A stretch of DNA of 64,000 nt from Phoronis australis (taxonomy: Eukaryota > Animalia > Phoronida): positions 310,001-374,000 of the forward strand of contig NMRA01000139.1 in NCBI GenBank assembly GCA_002633005.1, read 5' to 3'. Position numbers and translations under genes: made by a program. The notes beneath the pieces are model-generated. The model saw only the letters and a list, made by a program, of their open reading frames with translations. It did not search any database and was not told where the DNA came from. This document shows, piece after piece, positions 13,127 to 23,600 of this stretch. Position 1 is the stretch's first letter; every line of letters starts with the position of its first letter.

Positions 13127-14566
13127 GTAGGTATACATAATCTTTTTGTAATCTGAAAGCATATCGTGATATTCAATTTTAATGATAGATTCAATGATGC
13201 AGTAACATTGCATCCACGTAAACACGTACGGTTGACAGAATACATCATAATTTCAAAATGAACAAAGAAATGTGTTTATTATTTTATTCCGCCAATTATG
13301 TGATGCATTTGAAGCTTCCATGAGAAAAAAAATCACGAAACAGCATTATTTTCGTAGAGGTTGCCTGCACTGTTGACTTCAGCTTGGAGAACGTGGTGGT
13401 TACGTAGCATTTGTAGGTTGTGCTGCTGGACGCACACATTATCGTAAAGTAATTTTCGTGATCTGGAACCTGCAACCCCCACCGCCGTAGTCAACTGCTG
13501 TGCTCCGCGGAGCTAAATGCTACTTGATAAATGGCAGAAAGTTTAAAGGGCATTGAACTGGTCGTGATTTCAGCGTGAATGTGTGACGGGCAACGAGACG
13601 CGGCGATTCGCCGAAATCTCAAATCACAACAGATTCTGTTGTTTTATAGCTCCGGTCAAAGCTAATACTCAATACCATCGAACGAACAGCCCAAAATGCG
13701 TCAATGTCTCAAGTTATTTTGATATAGATCTCAGTATAAGTTTACTAGTTTCACTGTTGTTGTGCAGAGCAGCGTGCAAGGAAATATCCAGGTACAAGGC
13801 GACTTATATAATGGGTTAACTCACAGAAAAAATCAGTAGTATATAATGACAAATCATCATTCATGTCTATTCGTGGAATGCTGATTCGTGGATATCAAAC
13901 TGCCAGTAGATGTTTACAGACTAAAGGATTTAGTGTTTAATTTTCATCCACACCGCGCGTTTAGAAAAAAGTATTCACATACCTAAACCAAAAAATATCA
14001 CTCTTTAAATAAAAGCTTCATCGCCGCAATTAGTGACCCCTCCGTCAGTGCGCATACCACACCTCGCTGGTGCCCTGCGCGTCCGCTAAGGGAACCCCTA
14101 ACGGACACGCGAGGAACCAGCAAGATACTACCACATTGCCGTCAGAGACCGTCTTTGCTGGCATCATGGAAAATCATTGGACACGACCGAGGCGACGGGT
14201 CAGTGATAACTTGGAACTAATGAAAAGACATGAGTTTTTGTGGGCGAATTTTAGTGAACGGCTTGTAGGTGCTCCTGCATAAGGTCTCATCAATTAAGGG
14301 GCTAATTATTTACAGTAATATTGTTGCTACGTATGGCGAAACAATTACCACCATCGGTCTTTCACTTAAAGCAAACTAAACTACTCATGTTCTTAATATT
14401 TTAAGCAGCTCTAAAAGCTATAGTTTTCTCGAGAAAAAATTGAGCACTACGATTTCTCGTCCATTTTGAGCTTAACTCATTGGTTGAAACTATGATGGTA
14501 AACGAAAAGGCGTCATCATTTGATTATCATGGATGTCGGCGATAACACTCTAATATTGGCTTACAG

Positions 14567-14745
14567 GTATGCCCAGTGGTGCCATGGCGCCGGATGCTAT
14601 TCATGCTATGTCCCCCTTGTTGACATTCAAGCTGGAAAACGACGCGTTCACAATACAAAGCTCGTGCGGAACACCAGCGATGAAATTCGCTGTTGGCGAA
14701 GAGCAGACGATGTCATGCCCAATTGCGAAAGGCCAAAAGAAACAG
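14567..14745 (+). CDS. FABP-family protein, exon 2
   Basis: Acceptor TTACAG, donor CAG|GTAGGT (phase 0). It encodes ..SPLLTFKLENDAFTIQSSCGTPAMKFAVGEEQ.., which fits the FABP pattern P.(L/I).....D.FTI.....F.(L/V)GEE. Confidence 0.88.
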
Positions 14746-15188
14746 GTAGGTTGATAGTTTTCTCTATGCGGGTAGGAATCTTCACTTCTGCGTTATGAAA
14801 ACATCGCGGTAACTGTGTTTGATTGAACTCTGACCGTTTGGAGCATGACAACGCAGTGTCCAGCTCGTCATCTATCGAAGCCACCAACGCGAAAACAGCG
14901 AGAGACATCGATGGCTGATTCAGTCAACAGAACACTGAAATTTTTCTTATTTTTCTCGGGCTTTAGTTTTCAAGGAAATCAAAGTTTTGCTAACTAGCAC
15001 ATTTTCTCACAAATTTCCTTGCCGTTGACTACAGCAACTGGGGCCTAAATCTTGTTTATGCAGGTAACAATGGACTTTTTTCTCGTTTAGGCTAGTTTCG
15101 TTTATTAGTGATTTCTGGACATGAAGACAAGTTGCTCCAGTTATTACTGTTGATATTATAAGTGATACCAGCTGTTCACTTTTGACAG

Positions 15189-15293
15189 ACAAAGTTCGAT
15201 TATCAAGAAGGAAAGTTTTATGAAACTCACACGTTCGGAAACGGAAAGGAAGTTGTAATAGAGAAGGAGATAGATGGCGACACACAGATTGTG
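15189..15293 (+). CDS. FABP-family protein, exon 3 (TKFDYQEGKFYETHTFGNGKEVVIEKEIDGDTQIV)
   Basis: Acceptor TTTTGACAG, donor GTG|GTGAGT. The exon is 105 nt and in frame, and GKE...I.(R/K)EI.GD matches FABP strands G-I. Confidence 0.87.
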
Positions 15294-16186
15294 GTGAGTG
15301 GAACGTTTGTTGTTTTTTTGAAGGTTATCTATGACTTCAAATAACTTATTTTCCGCCTACGTGTATTTTATGACCCATTTCGTTTTGCTTACGATCTTGA
15401 CGCAAACTGAATCTACTATGCGTTCAAATACCAAAATCAATGCAATTCAGTTAAATAAGTCAATGAACTGAAGACAACCTGTGTTTTGATGATGTGTCTA
15501 CAACAACATGACATTGAAAATATTACGTGACCAAACTGTTGAGTCCCTCACAATGACCGGTGGGGTCGTTGACCCCAAGGACACATTACGCATCACTGGC
15601 ATCACATCCGGGTCAGAATCAACCGACATATTTCTGGCCGGTGCGAACACAAACAAAAAGGTCGAAATTTCCCCTGCTGTTAGCGGAATACTCGTGCATA
15701 GTATCTGCAGCTGAAACTGTTTCATTGTAAACAGGCTGCCTTCCCTTGCCGTTAAGCTATATTTACATATTCGTGAATTTGATTGCACTGACAAAAACAA
15801 AGCGGTTGTGACACAAGTGCATGCCAGTGCTTGAGGTGTCACCAGTACGGTAAACTAGGGAGAGCAGACACGCAGGGAACCAGCGAGGGAACCAGAGAAC
15901 TCTTCTAACATAGAGCGACACCTATAGGCATTGGTGAAAAGGCCAAGGTCATATATATTTTTCCAAAACTATCTGCTGGCTGCAAGTGCATTGAAAAAAT
16001 CTCGAACGGAACGAAAAGTAGGCAAACGCAAACCGCGGAAAATTTTTCGTTTTGAACACTTCTTGTGTTTTTATCGCAGAAATTAGCACAAGCAGACTGA
16101 GACATTTCGAATGCCACATCACTAAAAAGTACCTCAGTAATAGCGACATTCACATACTAACTATTCACTTTGCCTTTGTTTTCTAG

Positions 16187-16240
16187 AAGTATACGTCAGC
16201 CGGAGACGTTGTTGGGAGAGCTATCTGGCGGCGAGTGTGA
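16187..16240 (+). CDS. FABP-family protein, exon 4 (KYTSAGDVVGRAIWRRV*)
   Basis: TACTAAC branch point, polypyrimidine tract and TTCTAG acceptor. GDVV....(Y/W).R is the FABP C-terminal motif. The spliced CDS is 408 nt (135 aa), a typical FABP length with the typical 4-exon layout. Confidence 0.87.
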   Translation, partial: KYTSAGDVVGRAIWRRV

Positions 16241-17773
16241 ACTGCAGTGGCAGTGCAAGGGACAATGCAATTTTGACAGCGGCCAGTTCAAACTAATCTG
16301 TAGTGACGTTTTGTACACAAGTGGAGCAACATACAACTTGGTTATCAAAAATTAAGATAAATGGCGTCATATACTATGACGTCATTTATCGTTCAGGCAA
16401 TCTTACCGCTCTTAAAGCTGTGATAACTACGCTCAAGAAAAAATGCAACCTTTGAACATGTCTTAAGAAACAATTTATGTGATTGCGCATCTGGCGATAG
16501 AAGAAATCACCTATTGCACTCAGAAGCCAAATGTGTACAGTAACTTAAGCTACCTCGCTGTGTTTTTTCTTTAATGAATGTCACTGATGCCAGTATTTTA
16601 TATGATTTGTGTACTATTTTTGACTAACTCGTTTACTATTAGACTATATCAAGTCGCTAGCCTGGAACTTAGATTTGCTACTCAACCTGCCTATTTGACT
16701 ACCTTCGTTGCGGGTCACTCGTGTTCGAACCTATGAGTATTTCCATTTTTCCTGGCAAACCAAACCAAAGTTATCAGTTAACGTTTCTACTTACACGGTA
16801 TAAAAATCCAATCAAATCTTATCACAGTTATAACTCGGTCCGCACATGCTGGCGGTCCTCTTACCAGGGTAGACTTCAGTAACGCGTAGGACCTACGTTA
16901 GGACCTAACTAAAAACAAGACTTAGTGAGACTTTGAGATTACGTGACATATTGCCTTGTATTTTAAATGAGAACACATGGCTTTGGCTAAATTTGTTCAG
17001 CCGCGATACGGCTATTAAACCCTACCCAGCATGACGGAAGTCATATTGCGCGCCTGCCTGCTTGCAAAGCAGAGAGCAATGGCATAAGACGCGGCTGAGA
17101 ATAAGTTTCACAAAGATGGTCAATCGAGTAAAACGCATACTGGTAGGGCCCAAAAAGTCAATGAAGATCGTTGTTTCAGTTCTCACTGCGTTAGTGTATC
17201 ACGGCTTTAAATACCAATGGCCGTTACCAGTATTGACGGGTATAGTCCTCTGATTCGCTGTGGTCGGTCTTATGAAGACATTGTACAGAAATGGCGCCTG
17301 GTACTTCGTCAGTGAGAAGTGGTAGTCTAGTTCGAGGCTATATAGGGCGTGAAACGGTATGCATTGAACCTGTTACGCAAAACATCTTACAGCTGCGAAG
17401 TGGCAGATATGAAAAAATTGATGTTTTGTTTGTGAAGTTTTGTATTCAGACACGTGTTTCTGTATTTTTGTAATATACAATGGAATAAACGTTTTTCACA
17501 AAGTATTGATATGGTGTTAAACATTGAGAAATGCGTTAATTACTACTCTATGTTACATTGTTCTACGACACCGACAATTTCTATTTTTGGGATGACCTTA
17601 GTTAGCCAAATAATTTTCTCAACGGCAATTGAAAAAAATGTGCTACGCGCCGCTGCACTGCGTGTGTGCGTGCGTCAAAATGTACTTTATTTGCTCTGTC
17701 ATTCAACTGTGATCCATTAGAAACTCGAAATACTTGAACATTGTGCATTACGCTTTTGACCAGAACCAGGAGT

Positions 17774-17869
17774 TTAGTTGAAGGGGGCGTCGAATCCTTA
17801 GTTGAAGGGGGCGTCGAATCCTTAGTTGAAGGGGGCGTCGAATCCTTAGTTGAAGGGGGCGTCGAATCC
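17774..17869. repeat. 24-bp minisatellite x4 (TTAGTTGAAGGGGGCGTCGAATCC)
   Basis: Four perfect head-to-tail copies. Confidence 0.95.
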
Positions 17870-19492
17870 TCACTTTTTACAGCCATGACACTCCTTTTAA
17901 AACAATTTTGTGAGAAAACTTTCATCTATTTTATTGAACAGCCCCCGTGTGAAAATCGGCTTGTTTATTCTACATATGTAGAAAGAAGTCTAAAAATTGT
18001 GTAGTTGATTCCCCGAGCGTGAGAGTTGAGCCACCTTCCATTTCTCGTAACGGTTACCAATAAGCGTCATAATTGGCACATAAAATGCACTTTTGACAAA
18101 ATCCACGAAGGTTGACCGAAGTTGCTAATAACTACAATAAGGAGAAAAGGTTTAGACGATTTTTAAAAAGCCAGTTCAAATTATGAGAAGCCCTTTTCAC
18201 ATTAATGCGCCGGATGCAGTTCAAAATAGCAACGACTGGGCCATGACAGGGTGGGTGAAAGACTCTCTCGCCGGCCAACACCTGCAGTGACCGAATTACT
18301 CTAATGACCCGGTGGCTGCAGATTAATCAGTAAACGGAAACAAACTTAAACAAAACGAACTTTGGATTTTTAAGAGGACACCAAACGCAGTTTTGACCAA
18401 CAGATACTAAAAACGGTTTTCCCATCCAGTTCTTTGAGAGAAAACTCTGTAACCCTCGACAGCCCTCAAAAGTTTCAAAGTCTTCTAAACGGGCAAGCGT
18501 GACCTAAGCTTTTAGCGAATTACACAACTGTGGGGAAAGACCACGCACTAGGGACTATAAGGTCCAATCCCTGACATCGGGAGTATGGGTTTTATTAGAT
18601 TCCGGCCCGTAACTTGGAAGATCGACGCCAATGATGCATTAGCAGGTGACAGAACGAGGACTGGTTGAATTAATCATCAAACCAGGTCCTTTTAATAGAA
18701 CGGCTAAACTGATTTTTACAAATATTCAAGGCCGCAGTCCAAATGTTTAGTTTCTAACAAAATAATATTACCACCGAAGCACAGTTACATGCACTGAAAG
18801 TTTCCTGCAAAGAACCCCGCTATTTCAGTGATCCAGCCAGTGCGTATTAAAATACCTGCCGACAAAAGCGGCTGTTACCGTAACCCACGTTTTCCATTAT
18901 TCATGCTCGGCGGACCCTCGCAAACTCACGATTTTTTTGTATGATCCGTGCTTACGTGTTAAATACAGCCACGAGCAGGGTTGCTATTTTTCCGTAGGCG
19001 AATTTGGGAAGGTGGGGCAATTAGGTCAGCCTCCCAACGGACACTACCACGAATTCGTGAGCATGCCGATTTTCAGTTCCCGTCCGGTACAAGACAACTG
19101 GATAATTAGCCATGTGACTTCGAGATTTTCCTAATACAGTGTATACCAATTGGTAATTCGTAGAACGAAGTGTCGATAGCAAGGACATTATTTTTGTCTC
19201 GGCGCCGTTTTTTGGGCCAAAGCATCCACGAGAAGCTTTCTCTCCTACTCGGTCGTTTTGTACTGGCATAGGCGGATTTGGGGNGTAACTAGGACCCGTA
19301 ACGGATGAGGCGGGGGTGGAGGGCTCAGATCCCAGAGGAATCGTGTTCCTTTTTTTAGTGTACCGATAGACTTTCTGAAGGGAAGGTCCACATCCCGGCC
19401 CCCGCAACTTTCTACATCCGCCACTGACCGGTAACGCAAAACAAGCACACGTTCTTTGATCTGAATTAGCAATAACAATACTTCTTCAAGCT

Positions 19493-19498
19493 TTTATT
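19493..19498 (-). promoter_or_regulatory. Candidate polyadenylation signal of the 2396-aa gene
   Basis: AATAAA on the minus strand ~1.16 kb past the stop codon, followed by a GU-rich tract (TATTGTTATTG..GTGTGCTTGTTTTG). Confidence 0.5.
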
Positions 19499-19995
19499 AC
19501 AAACATCAAGGTATTAAAGTGCGAAACACACCAACAACATAGTCAAAAACTTTTGATAAAAAAATAAAAAATACAACCACACGGTGCGGTACGTGCGACG
19601 AAGTGGGAGCAACCGTCCATCCACTCCTTACACTGCACTATCAGATACAAATAATTAAAGTCGCAACTGTTCTCATCTTATCAAGCTATTTATATAATCA
19701 CACAATTGATTGAAAAAGTCATCGAAATCAAGCACCTTGGAGCATAATCTCAAACTTAGGCCTGAATTGTCGAAAAAAGCTAAACAAAACAACAACGGGG
19801 ATTAATACTAAGCAGAAAATGTTTTTCGACAGTTCTTGTCTGATGCAGGGCAATATCAGCAAACATAAGTACGTCAAAGATTGTGCCGGTATAATTTTAA
19901 CGGATCGCCAAAATGTAGATTACACGACCATTGGTGTCTCCTTGAAAAGAATTCCTAAGGACAAAAACAGCCTCAAACCTAACCAAGTACCAGAA

Positions 19996-20220
19996 GAGGC
20001 AGTGCAGCCTAGTGTGATAGGTGCCCGCCTTCTATACTCGAGGTCGTGTGTTCGAGTCCCAATGGGCTGCACTGCTGGACCCTTGAGTCAGGTTTGTAGC
20101 TACGCAGCTCGGTTTTACCTATATATTAATAACGCACAAAAATAGTTCCAGGTGATCAGTGCAATGGGTCCACATGCGCGGCTTGCGCACGCCTGGTTCA
20201 ACGTGTATCAGACCGCCAGC
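19996..20220 (+). mobile_element. tRNA-derived SINE
   Basis: A-box-like TGCAGCCTAGTGTGATAGG and B-box GTTCGAGTCC (20050-20059). The body motif GTGCAATGGGTCCA..GCGCA recurs at ~3453-3485. Confidence 0.6.
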
Positions 20221-20655
20221 AATTATTTTGTTTTTATATAACCAAGTACCGAGACAATGTGCAATAATTATAAACACCTCTCGAACAAGCTGGTCTGAGC
20301 ACAGGGACCAAAATTCGGAAATAAACTAAATTAAAGTTCAAAAACGAAGCTTTCTTGAAGATAAGGCCACTAGTCACATGGTCGGCTCCTCGTTAGTCAC
20401 TTCAAAAGTTTTTACCGCAACAAAGACCCTGGGCTCTCAGACCGACGAAAAGCCAACTTACTTATCATCATCCAGTTAAATACTTTTAATGATTGTCTAC
20501 AAACCTAAAACACGATAAACTAATTTTCCTTACCTACTTACCTAAACAAATTCTCTATTTTAAACGCGTTTTATATCCGAGGATAAAACACCAAAGCAAA
20601 TGATAATGGGTAATTAGTACGTAAAAACACATCAACGCATCAGCCAGATAGAACT

Positions 20656-23600
20656 TTAACAAATCATTTGACTGGTCAAATATTTTTTAATCAACTCCAA
20701 CTTATCAGCTAGGCCATTGACGCAGACAATCTTGCAAACGCCACTAAAAGGGATCTGGGTTTGATCGACAAAATGACGCAACTCTCGCTTGGAGGCAACG
20801 TAGGTGACAAACGAGAAGATGCGAAGCGCTCTGTCCAGAGACCCGAATATCGTTGACTTCGAGAACAGCTTTTCGTGTATTTGACGGAGACTGACGAAGT
20901 GCTTTGTCTTATCTCTCGTGATAAAAGGTTGAGTAATTCCTGTAAGCCGCTTCCATCGTTCCCAGTGCGTTAGATCGTTTAACTGACTGTTGGTGAACAG
21001 CTCGAAGACATCGGACAAATTCACCAGCTCCTTGTCGTCGACACCATGCAATGAGCCAAACAACGCCGCGTCAGTAGAAGATAACGGCTCCATTCTGATT
21101 TCGGACTTACGAACGACATCGACAATCGCGTGGTTAATGTCACGTGGGTCTCCAGAGAGACTCCTCGACAACAGCGATACAGTGGTGTGGTTCTGTTTGT
21201 GGTACCTGACGCATGCTACGGTGCAAGGACTTTCTTTGAATAAGTATTTCATGGTAAATTTATGCACGACAGGGCCGTCCCTCGAGTGTTTGTAGTTTGA
21301 AACCCTCACTGCTTTCAACGGCAGCCCATCTGGTTGCACTGCATAGTATTTTCCCGGTGACAGGGAGCAAATTATTGACTGGTTGGAATCATTTTCCTTC
21401 GTTGAATGCTCAGTAGCGGGTGGGGTTTTCTTACTTTTACAGGGTTTACTCTTCTGAGGAAATTCCGAGTAGTTTTCATTAACTACTTTTCTCTGTTTTT
21501 TCTGTGAATGGGCAGATTGTTTTTCACCAAACGCTTCATCCCTCTTCTCCCGAAGACGTTCCGAGAGGTTTTCATTAACCACACCTCTGAAGTCCTTCTG
21601 GGGACGTTCTGAGGGTTTTTCTTCAACCACTTTGCTCTTGCTTGTTTGAGGTAGGTTCGCAAGGACTTCATTTACTAGTCCCTTCTTCTGAAAACATTCC
21701 ACGACATTTTGATCAGCCATCTCAATCCCTTTCTCCTGGAGACTTTTCAAGTTGTTTTCTTCTACGGCTTCTAGCCTCTTATTCAGAGCACTTTCGAAGT
21801 GCTTTTCACGAGTAACTTCTTTCCTCTTTTTTCGTGGTCGTTCCGATGCAGTTTTACCAACCTCTTCTTTCCTTTTCTCTTGGGAACCATGCGAATGGTT
21901 TTCAACAACCACTAGCTTCCCGTGCTTCTGAGAACGCTCAAGGTTTTTCTTTTTCTTCTTCTGGCGATGTTCCACGTGACTTTCACTAACCGGTTCTTTT
22001 TTCTTCTTCAGGGATTGTTCCAAGTGGTTTCCATCAGCTGCTACTTTCCGTTTCTGTTTGTGGGACTGTTCTAAGCGAATCTCATCAACCTGTTCTTTGG
22101 CATTCTTCTGGTAACGCTCTGGATGCTTTTCATCACGCACTATATCACAATCAACTACTTTTGTTTTCTTCCTCTGGGAGCGTTCCGAATATTTCTCATC
22201 ATAATTTCTGTCCTTCTTTTGAGGACAACCCGAGTGACTTGTGTCTACCGTTTCTTTTTTCTTCTTGGGCGCACATTCTGAATCATTATCAATCCTTCCT
22301 TTCTCCTCTTTCTGGGTACAATCCGAGCAGTTTTCAGTAATTGCTTTTTTCTTTTCCTTCTTCTGGGAACGTTCCGAGAGTTTTCGGCTAACCCGTGTTT
22401 TGTCCTCCTTCGTTGTATGCTTGGTGTGGTTTTCATCCACAACAACTTCTTTCCTTCTTTTTAGCTTTACATATTCCGCCTCACGATTGTCTTTCTCAAT
22501 CTTCCTTTTCCTTTTTCTAGTCTTTCTCGGCTCATCGTTTTTCACACCGCAATGTCCGTGCTTATTCACTGCCGCGGATCCATCTGTATCACTTTCCAAA
22601 AGCCTTCCAGTCCCGTTTTTGATTTTGGTCGAAGTGAATTCGATAGGCGATTGATCACGGCTCAATGGCACTTCTGTCTTTTTTGATGACAAATCATTGA
22701 TCGAATAATTCTCTTCAATAGGCGTTGAAGAAAAGTCTTGTTTCATACTCTGGTCATTGACCTTTAACTGTTTTATTGGTTTACTGACTCTCTTTCGATT
22801 CTGGACATCAGAGATTAAATTTTCTGGACGACACTCTTGAGCATGCACGGTACTTTGTTGCGTTGAACTAATGCTGCCACGTTTTAGCCATTTTCTACTT
22901 CTCCTAACCTTCCGCACCATAGGATTTATTTTGATGCTACGTTTGTGAAGCTTCACGTGATCGGCGCATGTCTGGAACAGTACACGCGCGTCTGATTGGT
23001 GCTCATTATTCGTCCGGTTTACAGGAGCAGCTTTACGAGGTTTCTTGCCAGAAGGCCGTAACAGGAATGGCGCAGATTTGTGTCTGCACATAACTTTATA
23101 TTTGGTAACAGAACTTGCTTCACGTTCAGTACTCGTTTGATTTACATTGCACTTTAACAAGGAAGGAGACGAGTTTGTTTCATGGCCCACAACAGGATAT
23201 TTCCGAGGTCTACCGCGCTTCTTAGCGATAGCGGGTGGCAACATCATGGGCGACGAAGAAATGTCTTTTTCAAGAAACATCAATCTGCTACAGTTGGCAG
23301 GTAGCGCAATTCTTTTCAGTTTTACGGACATGAACTTAAAACCTTTGTACATTTTACTTTTCGCTTTTTTCGAAACCGGCAGCTTTTCATCTAGCACGTT
23401 CTTGGGATCTGCATTGTCACCAGCTACTGGCGCAGTCTGTGACGTTTTAGTGAACGTAGGCTTGACAAAGGCAGTGGGTCTAAATTTTGAGTCGCTGACT
23501 TCGTTGAGCACAGCTGTTGTCGTTGTCGTCTCCATTGCTTCCAGATTATTTACTTCCGCATTAACGGAGATAACATCCCAAATATTTCTATTGGATGATT

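Noticed and set aside
17774-17869. CRISPR-like 24-bp repeats and the STPPSTKD / LVEGGVES ORFs
   Set aside because: The units are head-to-tail with no spacers, no cas genes are present and the context is eukaryotic. The ORFs are by-products of the repeat.
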